Shown here one piece after another: positions 27,180 to 41,200 of a DNA stretch of 64,000 bases. This DNA is from Octopus vulgaris. Taxonomy: Eukaryota. Under the pieces are notes generated by a model. That model was given only the letters and a program-made list of their open reading frames with translations, made no database searches and had not been told where the DNA came from. The first letter of the stretch is position 1. Each line of letters starts with the position of its first letter. The DNA is taken from NCBI GenBank assembly GCA_951406725.2, contig OX597820.1, positions 53,134,001 through 53,198,000 of the forward strand, in the 5' to 3' direction. A program made the translations under genes and the position numbers.

Positions 27180-27731
27180 CCCTGATGCAGTATCAGGCAG
27201 TGGCTCTCATGGCTTCTGATCTTAACTGATTGGAAGTGTTATCATGTACATTGTTTTGTCTTGGTATAAAAGATGGGCTACAGCAAATATTCTGCTCAAT
27301 ACCACAGATTTGCTTGTCAGTTGTTTGACCATAACCAGTTGAGCATGTCCCTTAGTGGCTGACGATATGTGCATCTCTGTCACGAGCAGAAGTAGTGGGG
27401 GAGCATCATAGCCATGTGTCGAGAGGGATTCTTTGGGGTTTGAATAGTTCACCTCTGGAAACATGGGTGGTTCTTTCAACATCCTTAAACAACCCTTATT
27501 CAGGGACCGTTTGAGCGGGATGGGCTACTCAACCTGAAGAAAATTCTAACTGGGCCCCACCTGCAAGGTCATGTGCTGTTTATCTTGATATGAGATCACC
27601 ATGTCGCGCACATATGGTTGTGATGCATGTGCCTGGTGTACCTTTATCAGACGGGTAGTCATGATGGGTATATTGGGCTTCGTATATTTTACCCCAGTGT
27701 CACTTTGATGGCATGAACTGCTCTCTCACTC
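27179..27731 (+). mobile_element. About 550-bp non-coding insertion bounded by (AAT)n on both sides, probably the 3' UTR of a second Dong/R4 family or a Dong-dependent element
   Basis: Complex sequence lying between (AAT)n 27101-27178 and (AAT)n 27732-27767. Confidence 0.55.
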
Positions 27732-27767
27732 AATAATAATAATAATAATAATAATAATGATAATAAT

Positions 27768-28028
27768 CTTTTACTTGCTTCAGTCATTTGAATGCGGTCA
27801 TGCTGGAAAACCACCTTTGGACGAGCAAATCGACACCATGACTTATTCTTTGTAAGCCTAGTACTTATTCTATCGGTCAATTTTGCCTAAACGCTAGGTT
27901 ACGAGGTCGTAAACACACCGGCATCGGTTGTCAAGCGTTGTTGGGGGAGACAAGCACAGATGCAGAACCAAACACACACATACACACACACATATACACA
28001 CTCACAAACACACACATACAAACACACA

Positions 28029-28076
<48 letters not shown>

Positions 28077-28225
28077 CGTTGGGCGTCTTTCAGTTTCCGT
28101 CTACCAAATCCACTTACAAAGCTTTGGTCGGCACCAGGCTATAGTAGAAGACACTTGTCCAAGGTGGCACGCAATGGGGCTGAACCCGGAACAATGTGAT
28201 TGGTAAGCAAGCTGCTTACCACACA
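27768..28225 (-). mobile_element. SINE family A, near full length
   Basis: Reverse-complement homology to the 51597-52012 copy. Confidence 0.88.
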
Positions 28226-28249
28226 CCACACAATCACTCTTATATAGGA

Positions 28250-28888
28250 GTTATGTCATCATGAAAATTTTCAGCCATCCATTCCTGTGTTACCAGAGCC
28301 ATTTGTGATAGTGCAGAGACTTACTGAAACACATATGGCCTTCTTTTGCATACATTCTCTATCCAGGGCTTAACAATTATTTCCAGGAACTCAATGAAGG
28401 CGGCAGAGTTAGTTCTAAGTCCTTGTGGAAATAAGTAAGGAGGCATTATATGTTCTTCATTGCTGACAACCCCTAACACCATGATAGTTGCAGGACATGT
28501 TGTATGAATAACACTTGGAACTTCAGAAGGGCCTGTACATAACCATCCGTCATTTCTTCTGTTAACTTATTGATATTGATCGAAGTTTTCTCGTTTGAGA
28601 AAAAACAAATCAAATCCTTTTCTAGATTTTTCAGTTTGTTTAAGAGCCTTTTAGATCTAATGTAGTGATTTTGTTTTGTTTTGTATGACAAACTGAACTT
28701 TCCTCATCGTATAAGACTTATATCTGATGCCTTAGTGGACAACATTTCTGGCTGTTCATTCTAACACTTGGAGATCTTTTGCAATTGACCTCATGGACTT
28801 TCTGGGATTGTAATCAATGGTCTGTTGAACTTGTTGGATAAATTTCAGGTCTTCTGATGATTTCAGAGCGTTTACCTTGCGCACCCTG
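28250..28888 (-). pseudogene. Tc1/mariner-superfamily (maT/DD37D-like) transposase relic with one terminus
   Basis: FFSNEK (cf. FSDEK), PATIMVLGVVSNEEHIMPPYLFPQGLRTN, VKPWI, YVFQ*VSALSQ (cf. FQQDSAPSH), TQEWMAENF. Terminus CACCCTG|TA at 28888. Confidence 0.8.
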
Positions 28889-29012
28889 TATGTATATAGT
28901 TCGTATTTATTATTACCGGCATAATGCCCTTTCCAAGTTTAAAAAGTGTATGTCTGTCTTTAAATCCTTAAAAATGTTTTAGCCCGAAGGCCGCGGCCAT
29001 GCTGGGGCAGAC

Positions 29013-29071
<59 letters not shown>

Positions 29072-29686
29072 CATGCATAGACTTAAAGAGCTAAGTAGGC
29101 CGACTAAACTTTTGATGGTGGTTCCCTACCATGTCCGTAGTTCAATCATGGCAACTAGTATAAGATTAGATATATTTATGAGCATGGAGTCAATTCCTTG
29201 ATATTTATCTAAGGGAGGAGGACGTGGAAAATGTTATTTAACATTTCAATGGAAAATAACTTAAGGCAATGCAATTTTTCATATGAAATCAATAATAATC
29301 TCTCTATCTTCGAGCTGGACGTCTCAACCTCATGTATATTATCACTGCGGCGTGTTTCGGGAATACGTTATAATTTATTTATGCATTTCAGAGGAGAAGG
29401 ACGATCAATTTTCAATTAATAAAGTAAAGCAATAAAGTTTATGAATTCCAGTTATTTAGTTTTCAGAAATATGGAGACAGAAAACTTCGTTTTAGTGTAA
29501 AATATTAAAAGATTAGATAACTTCTGTTTTTTTTTTTTGTTTGTTTAACCAAAGATACTTTTGCCGTTAATCAGAAACACAATGCAAAAATTAGTTTTCC
29601 TTTGGGCTTCAACCATTTTACTCTTCTCTCTGTCTCTGTCTGTCTTTCTCTCTCTCTCTCTCTCTGTCTCTCTGTCTCTCTCTGTC

Positions 29687-29737
<51 letters not shown>

Positions 29738-29814
29738 ACGTTTGTGCCTGTTTGCTTCTACTTGAGTAGAGAACTAGGCATTGCATAGAGTGTTCTACCT
29801 TAAGTAAATATTCT

Positions 29815-30555
29815 TTTCTACTCTAGGCACAAGGCCGAAGTTTTTGGGGGGAGGGGGGGCCAGTCGATTACAGCGACTCCAATACAGAACTGGTACTTAA
29901 TTTATCGTCTCCGAAAGGATGAAAGGCAAAGTCGACCTCGGCAGAATTTGAACTTAGAACATAAAGACAGACGAAATACCTATTTCTTTATTGCCCACAA
30001 GGGGCTAAACATAGAGGGTAAAAATACCTATTTCTTTACTACCCACAAGGAGCTAAACACAGAGAGGACAAATAAGGACAGACAAACGGATTAAGTCGAT
30101 TATATCGACCCCATTCCGTAACTGGTACTTAATTTATCGACCCCAAAAGGATGAAAGGCAAAGTCGACCTCGGCGGAATTTCAACTCAGAACGTAAAGAC
30201 TGACGAAATACCTTTTTCTTTACTACCCACAAGGGGCTACACACAGAGAGGACAAACAAGGACAGACAAACGGATTAAGCCGATTATATTGACCCCAGTG
30301 CGTAACTGGTACTTAATTTATCGACCCCAAAAGGATGAAAGGCAAAGTCGACCTCGGCGGAATTTCAACTCAGAACGTAAAGACTGACGAAATACCTTTT
30401 TCTTTACTACCCACAAGGGGTTACACACAGAGAGGACAAACAAGGACAGCCAAACGGATTAATTCGATTATATTGGCCCCAGTGCGTAACTGGTACTTAT
30501 TTAATCGGCCCCGAACGGATGAAAGGCAAAGTCGACCTCGACGTAATTTGAACTC
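29815..30555 (-). repeat. Tandem array of SINE family B segments, 184-bp period
   Basis: ATGAAAGGCAAAGTCGACCTCG recurs at about 29919, 30151, 30335 and 30519. Confidence 0.9.
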
Positions 30556-30829
30556 GATGAGTTGGGGGCTCCGATGAGGTGGATTGATCTTATAGATTGT
30601 GTGTATATTGAATAATTTACTATACATATTTGTAATGGACTATTAAGTCCAATAATTGTAGTTTTTGATGGGAAAAAAGAACAATGTTTTAGAGAAGCAA
30701 AAAAAGGCGGGCGTTTTCTGCCTTCTCTCACCAATGTCATCCTTGTTTCATCATTCACCTCATCAATGTATATGTCCAGCCCGCAAGCTGCTCTTTGTAA
30801 TGCCTTTATGGCAAATCTTAATGAAATAA

Positions 30830-31195
30830 AGTAGCTTGCTTACGAACCACATGGTTCCGGGTTCAGTCCCACTGCGTGGCACCTTGGGCAAGTGTATTCT
30901 ACTATAGCCTCGGGCCGACTAAAGCCTTGTGAGTGGATTTGGTAGACAGAAACTGAAAGAAGCCCGTCGTATATATGTATGTGTGTGTATATGTTTGTGT
31001 GTCTGTATATGTCCCTCCAACATCGCTTGACAACCGATGCTGGTGTGTTTACGTCCCCGTAACTTAGCGGTTCGGCAAAAGTGACCGATAGAATAAGTAC
31101 TAGGCTTAGAAAGAATAATTCCTGGGGTCGATTTGCTCGACTAAAGGCGGTGCTCCACATGGTAACAGTCACATGACTGAAGCGAGTCAAAGAGT
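30830..31195 (+). mobile_element. SINE family A
   Basis: GGTTCCGGGTTCAGTCCCACTGCGTGGCACCTTGGGCAAGTG...CTAAAGGCGGTGCTCCA. Confidence 0.9.
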
Positions 31196-31665
31196 ACCAA
31201 ATGTAACGGTATAACAATAAACAATGTAACCATGCTTGGTTATCTTATTATAACCGTTCTCACAATAACAATCCAATACTCCATTGCATAATCAATAACG
31301 AGACGAACGTTTCCACAGTTCAACCTCAACTGGCTACTGGCTCATCTGTTTATAAGACTCATTTAGTCCCCAAAGAGTAACGAGCGGGGAAGTCAGGTCA
31401 CTCTACAACACGGAGGATAAAATATAACTGAACAGTTAAAATGGGTTACCGAGAGAAAATGAAAGCTTTGTGCTACAAAGGAGATTAAGAAGCGTTGTTT
31501 GAATCTCAAGTTATATGTATGAATGCATAGAACACGCCCCAACTCATCAGATACTAGGAGTAAAATAGATGGGAGTTTGGGGAGAAAACCCAAGATGGTT
31601 AACACAAGCATATATATATATATATCGACAGATAGACAGACAGACAGACAGACAGAGAGACCGAC

Positions 31666-31813
<148 letters not shown>

Positions 31814-31864
31814 CGATAGATAGATAGATAGATAGATGCGTACATACATACATTACATACATAC

Positions 31865-31897
<33 letters not shown>

Positions 31898-31902
31898 TAG
31901 AC

Positions 31903-31965
<63 letters not shown>

Positions 31966-33301
31966 CAGGCAGACAGTCAGAGATGTACACACACATATAG
32001 AAACAGAAAGGTATGTGTGTTGTGTGTGAGTGAAGGGGTGCATTTGGATGTGTGAATAAGATATAAAGTAACTAATATATGCATTAGTGCTTATTCATTT
32101 ATTTTAATTTAAAGCTTCAGTGAATCACAACGCCAAGTTTTCTGTTAATAGCATTTTTTTTCTGAATATATACACACGCGGACGCTCTCATATGTATGTG
32201 TATATATTTTATATATCTACACACACACACACACAATACCAATACATTCACTTTCATATGTATGCACATATATATGTATCTACACATACATATATAAACA
32301 CACAAATACACACACACATACACATACTGTGTGAAGGGACTAAGAAACAAATAACCTGACAGACATGTGCGCAGAAAGATTCGCAGATGGAAAGGTTGCT
32401 ATAGAGAGATCTTGAAAGAAAGAAAGAAAGAAAGAAAGAAAGGAAGGAAGAAAGAAAGAAAGAAAGAAAGGAAGGAAGAAAGAAAGAAAGAAAGGAAGGA
32501 AGAAAGAAAGAAAGAAAGGAAGGAAGGAAGGAGTGATGCACACCCAAACACAACCATTCTCCGAGAAATATCATTGCTTTCAATATAGCAAAGAAAAAAT
32601 ATTTAGGGCCAGATTTCAAGAAGAAATATTGTATAAACTCTCTGAGCAAACAATAAAACAGACAACAAAACTAATGAAATATTGAGCTTAGATATTCTCT
32701 ATCGCCGCCATTTTCACTGAATCTAAAATTCATATTCGTTGATATATGTAGTGTTGTAGCATCTCTTTTTGCCTCGGGCTAGCCCTGATAGAGAAGACTT
32801 ACAGTTAAAAGCGTTCCATTTGATTACGTCAGCAGCGAGTGATAGGAGATGAATTTAACTGCTACATCTAGCACGTGTTGTAACCACCATCTAGAAATCA
32901 TTTTGCTAGGTACCTATATACTTCTTTTTATCTTTTATCTTTTATTTGTTTCAGTCATTTGACTGCGACCATGCTGGGGCACCGTCTTGCATGGTTCTTA
33001 GTCGAACAAATCAAGCGTTATTAAACGTTGATATGTTCGCATCTTTTTTCAGGGATGTTATATTTTAACACACATGGATATACGCAGGATTGCACCTAAG
33101 GACTTACACTCATGGACCTAAGCAGGATTCCACCTAAGGACTCATGCTCTGGTTTCTATAATTTTGGAAAGTTGATCTATGAGCTTTTATGCTTCTTTTT
33201 CCTTCTTTCTTTCTATCTCCTTATTCTTTTACTCCCTTCCTCTACGTCGTCATCTCATCAATATATACCATTCTCATTTTCCCTATTCTTCCTCCCTATT
33301 T

Positions 33302-33357
33302 GTCTCTGATGACGGAATATCCCATACTCGGAAATATCCTAGAAACAGCTGTAAGAT
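33302..33357 (+). ncRNA. Type I hammerhead motif with palindromic helix III (Penelope-type)
   Basis: GTCT-CTGATGA-cGGAaTAT...ATATCCta-GAAAC AGCT GTA-AGAT. ACAGCTGT palindrome and GUA triplet; the base of helix II is imperfect. Confidence 0.75.
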
Positions 33358-33427
33358 TTTGAATTTCTTCCTATATTACTGTATACTACTTGAGATGTTT
33401 ACTATCCTGTTTAACAATTATATATGC

Positions 33428-33490
<63 letters not shown>

Positions 33491-34303
33491 GGTGTGTGTG
33501 TGTGTGTATGTGTGTGTATATCTTTATATATATATATATATATATTACACACACACTCGCTCACGCATACATACATACAACTTTGTGCATATATACATAT
33601 ATGCACAAAGGGCTTCTTTCAGTTTCCACTAAATCCACTGACAAGGCTTTGATCGGCACGAGGCAATTTTTGAAGACACATGCCGAAGGTGGCACGCAGT
33701 GATACTGAACCCAGGATCATGTGGTTGGGAAACAAGCTTCTTACCTGTGCCTGTCAAGATATTGTTGTTGCTATTGTTTCGCCAGTTGTTGTTCCAGCTG
33801 TGCCCATCGCGTTTTCCTCCCTTTTTGTTATATAATATACTTAGGACCACAATATCCAATGAATTCACTCGTTCAAAGGGAGCATGATCCGAGGGACGCT
33901 TGACTGCTATAACCTATACGCCGAGTGACCACATAGAGTTTCTCCGCGTAGGCTTGTTATATCTGTTTGGATGTTGAAGTATGAGATAAGTGAAAGAGAC
34001 GGCCTTCATAAATAAACTTGACTACCATGACAGTTTGGAGTAGGGGGTTATTAGAATTCGCAATAGCTATGAATCTATATTAATGACAACAGCTAAAAGC
34101 GAATATAATATCTGTAGACAAAATTATCAAATGCCAACAAAGCCATTAGTTTTAAGTTGGGATGGGAGAAGCGTTGAGTGGAAAATAAAAAGATAAAAGA
34201 GAAACTGTATGCGGTGGAGGCACAAGTAGCGAGGAGGTAATGCGAAGAGAAAGTGAGAGTAATGGTTGGCATAGAGACGTAGAGAATGTAGGAGTGAGTT
34301 ACA

Positions 34304-34353
<50 letters not shown>

Positions 34354-34370
34354 CACATAGATATGTATAA

Positions 34371-34412
<42 letters not shown>

Positions 34413-34441
34413 ATATAAATATACACACATATACTTATGTA

Positions 34442-34543
<102 letters not shown>

Positions 34544-34576
34544 TATATACATATATGCATTGTATATACATATATG

Positions 34577-34609
<33 letters not shown>

Positions 34610-34642
34610 GTATATATGTATATATCTATATATAATATATGA

Positions 34643-34687
<45 letters not shown>

Positions 34688-34805
34688 TATAATATATATA
34701 TAAAATGAGAAAGAACTATTGGAAAAAGACGGATAAAGGAAACGGTACACAAAGAACAAATATGAGAGTGAGAAACAACGAGTGTTTGCGCGTGTGGGAG
34801 ACAGT

Positions 34806-34837
<32 letters not shown>

Positions 34838-36214
34838 CGCGCGGATTAGAGAGATTCGGATTGAAAGAGAAAGTGTGAGAGACTGACACATACGTTGAGT
34901 CAGAGAGCGTCAGTGATAATGCAAGTAAGAGCCAGGGAAAGATAATTTAGTTCAAGAGAACATTCGTTAAATGAATTCCATGAAGAAAAGACATCATGAA
35001 TAAATCAAATGAACGATTGAAAATAAGAAAAGACAAGAAAGAAAAGAGAAAAGGCGGAGAGAATAAATAGTTTGTGTAGAAAAGATTTGTAATTAGTTTT
35101 AATTAGAGGATCACTGTCTCAGTGGACCAATTGTTCTCTATTTACCTCTTTTTTTATTCTCATATATATCACTGCCAATCTATTATCATACATTCATATA
35201 TTCTGTCATTCAGCCACGATACATATTTAAACACGTGTACACTTACATACACACATAAACATATATGCTTATGCACACATATATATGCATACATACATAC
35301 ATTCATGCATGCATGTGTACATACATACATTACATACATGCATGTCTACATACATACGTACATAGATACATACATTACATGCATAGATACATGCATACGT
35401 GCATGCATGCAAGCATGAGATGGTGCATGGATTCTGTAAATCACGAACTTCGAAACAAGAACGTGTAGTCGAAGATGAAGAAACTCCTTGAAATTCTATA
35501 CCCGAGCCTCTGTTACAACCTTTATTGATAGTAACTGAAAGCGTAATAATTCCTATGAGGTGGGATGCTTTATTCTACGAAAAATACTACTGGAACACTC
35601 GAGGATAAATACAGATTCAGAATGTAAAAATATCCCGCCACCATAATTTTTAAAGTTCAATACGATTGTAAACTGAAGGAAGCCGACAATATGGAAAACA
35701 TCCTGTGCAATTACAAGAAGCACATTTAAACAACCGCACATCAGCCGGATACTTGCAGGCGAAACGAGTTCAATGAACGAAATGCATTCTAAACAATACC
35801 CTCTAAACCCAAAACGTTAAAAATAAACCGCTCTATAATTTCTAATGCATAAACGTAAAAGCAAAAGAATCTGTCTCTCAGCTAAAAAAACAAAATAATA
35901 ATAATAACGAATACACCGAGTATCCATTTATGTGCAAAGCATACTTAAGGACCAGATATCAATACTCTCTTCATTCACTTCTATCATGCGGTTACTTAAA
36001 ATCTTGGGAATTATATTGGGCTTAGTCAACAATGATATTGCAGATGCAGGTGAGCAGCCGTGACAGAAGGGGCTTCAAAAGTATTCACTACAAAGCACGC
36101 TGAAGATTCAATCAGTTCTAGTTACTGAAATTCTCATTTATATCCCGATACGAATATAAAATTGAACCCTTTGAAATTGCTCTCATATCTATTTTATTCT
36201 TTCCTTCTATTTTT

Positions 36215-36535
36215 TTTTTTTTCAGACATTGAACTGTGGCCTTGCTGGGAAACCGCCTTGAAGGGTTTCAGTCGCACGAATCGACCCCGTTACTCATAAT
36301 TTTTTAAAGCCTGATACTTATTCTATTGCCCTCTTGTGCCGAACCGCTAAGTTACGAGCGTGTAAGAAAATAAACAAACCAACGACGGTTGGAAAGCGAT
36401 GATGGAGACCAACATGAGCACAAAGGCACACACACACACACGTACATACACACACACACGCGTATACATATGCACACATACATGTACATATATATGTGTG
36501 TGTATACACATACACATCCATGTATATATATGTGC

Positions 36536-36579
<44 letters not shown>

Positions 36580-36765
36580 ACACACACATACATATATACA
36601 TATATATGTGACACACTTCTTTCAGTTTCCGTCTAATAAATCCATTCACAAATCTTTGGTGGGGCCAGATCTATGGCGGAGCTATTGCCCAAGGTGTCAC
36701 GTAGTGGGACTGAACCAAAAACCATGTGGTTAGGAAGCAAACTTCTTACCACATATCCACGGTTG
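36215..36765 (-). mobile_element. SINE family A (diverged, expanded internal microsatellite)
   Basis: Homology to the other family A copies. Confidence 0.82.
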
Positions 36766-37293
36766 CTAGTTTGTAGTGTGTAAACTTAAGGGCATCAATT
36801 TTACAATGTGAGTACCCGTGATAAACTAGAAACATCAAGCAATCAAGTATCACATTGTTAACAAGACTAGCATTCTCTAAGTGCTTGTGTAGGCGGTACT
36901 GTCTTCTACGGAGCTGAGAAGCTGGTCTATAAAGAAGAATCTTTACGATTGCCTTCTCGTTTCATACAACAGATTCCTCACGAATCCATAAAATATCCTA
37001 TTACATGAGCACAGGTCCAGAGAGGATATATTCTTTCTAACTCTATAATTACAAAATTAGGCCATGCTAATTATTGCTATCGTGCTGAAAATTAGGCCCA
37101 GAATGTTATAGTTTGAAAAAAAAAATCCGCATCTTAGTAGATGAATTTCACTTTTGATGATGAATAGAGAGATAAGTCGTTTCTCAATTAAATGGTTATA
37201 CATATTTTTTTTTATTTTGGTCGCAGGATAGGCAAATACATCATACCGGCTGCATTGCGAAGAAAAGTAAATAAACATACAAACACATTACTG

Positions 37294-37368
<75 letters not shown>

Positions 37369-37380
37369 ATGTGTGTGTGA

Positions 37381-37430
<50 letters not shown>

Positions 37431-37821
37431 ATGTATGTATGTTTGTATATACAGGGTTGCCCCAAAATAGGTTTACAGTTGTCACGTAAGCACTTTAAAT
37501 TTCTTTTAAAAGATTTTATCATATTTAAATTTCTACCTTACAATCATGTTGCTTATGCACATCTTATACAGACAATGTTTAATCTCTCAGATGCTAACAA
37601 TGCAACATTGGTGGATCTATTTGAAACTCCTTCCTAAACTGTCTTTGCACTTCAACTGCGTTTTCACACTTCCAGTAGCATCTAATAATGAATTTCCTTT
37701 GTTCAAAGCTTAGTCTGACTGCCATCATTAATTCCAATGGGTTTCATCCGGAAGGAGAAAACATCAATTGAGTTACCTGCTGCTAAAGTGTGTATACCCT
37801 CTACGGAGAGATACAGGGTAG

Positions 37822-37981
37822 GTCAAAATGGAAAATAGAGTTCGCAAGAATCTTTATTCTATACAGCTATCGTTTCAATCTATCCTGCATCTGTCCCAGC
37901 CGCGACGGACAGATGCAGGATGGGTCGAAACGATCGTTGTGTTGAATTAAGCTTCTTCCGAAATCCATTTTTCCGTTTCAC
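37822..37981. repeat. Imperfect 75-bp-arm inverted repeat with a perfect 15-bp inner stem
   Basis: ATCCTGCATCTGTCC (37882-37896) pairs with GGACAGATGCAGGAT (37907-37921). The outer arms align with mismatches and the right arm contains GAAACGATCGTT. Confidence 0.85.
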
Positions 37982-38170
37982 TCATTCACTATAAGCTCAA
38001 CAAACAGTGCAGAATTCCTGTAGTAAATCCAGTGACATTTATATCAAAACTGTGGTTGACATCACGTAAACTAAACAGTGAAAGTGCATCAATCGGCATT
38101 ACATGTACCGCGTCCTTGCGTTTTCTTTTTTTTTTTGTTCTTCGTCTTTTGAGATTTATTATATACATCC

Positions 38171-38197
<27 letters not shown>

Positions 38198-38201
<4 letters not shown>

Positions 38202-41200
38202 TTACTTAGATAAAACTTAGATATGTTTCGACCAGAGATTGGTCCAGGCCATGTCTAACTTAATAGCACCACCTGATAGGATTACTCGAATCCTGTTTAA
38301 GTCAAGTTTTGTTCAAGTAGTGAGTTCTTGTTGGGTGAGTTGTATCCAATTATGGGTGGCTTATCTGGTATTCTTTGAAGGAATCTATCCAGACTCTGTT
38401 TGAAGTTGATGGGATCCTTTTCCTCTTTGATCTCCCTCGGGACAATGTTAAATAGGGCAGGGCCTGTTGAGGAAAAGAAATTATGTTGCAGTGTACATGT
38501 ATGTTGTGATCTTGAATTTGGCAGGGGACGTATAGCCCGTGGTCCAAGTCTCGGATGAACCTTGAAGCTAATGTTTAGGTCGTTTGGGCAAAGTTGGCGG
38601 TATATTTTCCACATCGTACAAATGATGTACAGCTCACGGCGACGCTGGAGGGAGTAAAGTTTCAAGGCTTTAAGGCGATCCCAATAATCGAGAGCAGCCA
38701 TGCCTTCAATTTGTTTAGTGAGAGCCCTCTGGGGTGACTCAATTCTGGAGATGTTTTGTCTTGTGTGAGGAGACCACAGTGGGCAGCAGTATTCAAGGTG
38801 TGGCCGTACAAAGGATGAAAAAAGTGGTATGATGACACCTTGTTCTCTGGACCGGAAAGTTCTTAAGATCCAGGAACTCATCCTACGAGCTGTATCGACC
38901 TTCTTGTTGATGTGTGCACTCCAACTGAGATCGTCATCAACAATTACACCCAGGTCTCTGATATTGTTAGAGGCTGTGAGCGGTTCCCCTGAAGGAAGAG
39001 AGTATGGTTGTTTTAGTGAGGAATTTCTTCCAAAATGCATCAGCTCAAATTTTCCCTCATTCAGTTGCATTTTGTTTCTGTCTGCCCATTGACTCACAGC
39101 ATATAGGTCAGACTGGAGTTGAGTTCGGTCTGCTTCTTCATTGACGATTTGCTGGAGCTTAGTGTCATCAGCGGATATTTTTACTTTGCAGTGATGTACG
39201 ACACTGGAAAGGTCGTTTACATAAATTATGAAGAGTAGCGGACCCAAAACAGTTCCCTGGGGAACACCGCTGGTGACTTTTGCTGGGTTTGAGTGGACTC
39301 CATCAACTACAACATGTTGTGTTCTATTCGCTAGGAAATACTGAATCCAGTGTAGAACTTTTCCACGGATTCCAACATTTGCCAATTTTGAGAGTAGGAT
39401 GTTATGGTCTACCCTGTCGAACGCTTTACTGAAGTCAAGGTATATGACGTCAGAGTTCGAACCTGTTCCCAAGGCTTTGAGTACATCTTCAATGTGGTGT
39501 AAGAGCTGTGTTAGACAGTCCCTACCACAGCGAAAGCCATGCTGATTTGAATTTAGGAGTTTGTGGGTCTCCAGGAAGTCAGCTATCCTTGATCTTAACA
39601 CTCTTTGAAACACTTTAATGATGTGGGAGGTGAGTGAGATTGGGCGATAGTTGACTGTGAGGGATCTGTTTCCCTGTTTGAAAACCGGGATGACCGACTG
39701 GGATAGAAACTTTTTCGGTATATAACCTGCGTCTAACGAGTTTCTCCAGAGGTTGGTCAGAGGGACTGCAAGTTGATATCTACATTCCTTCAGGAGACTG
39801 GCGGGAAATCTATCAGGGCCTACAGCAGAGTAATGTTTGACCTCATTTATTGCTGCTACGATGTCGGTGGCAGTGAAGGTTATGTCTGCGATTTTGTGTT
39901 GGGAGTCAGCTTCGTTCGTTTCCCTCACATCAATATCAGTGGGAACACTGAAGACAGAGCAATATTGTTTCTGCAGTATTTCTGCCATTTCTTTAGCATC
40001 GTGTTGGGGAATGCCGTTTTTATCAATCAATGGCCCAATAGGTGAGACAGTGGTTCTATGCTTATTTGCATAAGAATAGAACACTTTTGGGTTCTGTTTG
40101 ATGTTTTTGATTACCCATTGTTCCTCCACAGCTCTTTGATTTTCAATGGAGGTTTTCATGTTAGTCTGCAGTTGAAGTTTTTCCAGCTCTAGTCTTTTCA
40201 TTGTTGTTGAATGTGGATGTTGCGTGTGGGAATATTTTAATTGGTTGATTTTTTTGTTGAGTCTTTTGATGCGCCTGATGAGTGTTTTTTTCTTTTTAGG
40301 GAGCCGGTTTCTGTTTGTGTTAGTAGATTTCTTGGGAGCGTGTTTCGAGCATGTGTCGGTGACAATGGTTTCAAAGTGCTGCCACGCGGTCTCAATATGA
40401 GGGGTATTGAGAGTAAAAGACCAGTCGATGGAAGACAGATCCTTTCTGATTGTTTCCCAGTCCGCTTTGTGGAAATTTATGTTGTCAAATGGGTGCCATG
40501 GAGTGGGGTTGGCTGGTTTGGTTTTTATACGTCGGGAATTAAGATTGCAGAGTACCATGTCGTGGTCTGAGAGGAGAGTTTTTTCGACTGAAATGCTGTG
40601 AACGTAGCTAGAGTGATTGGTCAGTACCAGATCCAAGATCGTTTTATTCTGTCTCGTTGGTTCAAGCACTAGCTGAGTCAGGAAATACTCATCCATCAGA
40701 TTAAAGAGCAGTTCTGCTGCTGCCCTATCTGATGTAGAGCACTTGCCTAACTTCGGAGTATTTGTGGGCCAGTTCACATGAGGGAGGTTAAAATCACCCA
40801 TCACTATTATGTTTCCGGAGTGGTACTTCCGAAGGAAGGACTTGACTTTGCTAAGGCACTCTTCAAAGTACTTTAGAGGTGCCTGGGGAGGCCTGTAAAG
40901 ACCAACAATGGTTATGTCCTTGGCTTTGTTGTATACTGATACCGATTCACAGTAGCCATTGGAAAATGTGTCCTTGGCATCAAGTGAAAAGGAGTCATGG
41001 ATAAAGATGGCTGTCCCTCCCTTATTTCGGTCTGTGCGATCCGCACGAACAATGGTGAAATCTTTTATTTTCACCTCTGCGTCCATATGGGTGTTGTTCA
41101 GGTGAGTCTCGGTAAGGATAAAGAAAGGGAAGCAATGTGCCATTTCGGCAAGCCAACTCTCTATATATGGGATCTTCCATTTTTGGGCAATAATTGATGG

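Noticed and set aside
37452-37790. TA|CAGGGTTGCCC terminus and an NPLE-like peptide suggesting a Tc1/mariner relic
   Set aside because: Only one candidate TIR and a very short degenerate motif.
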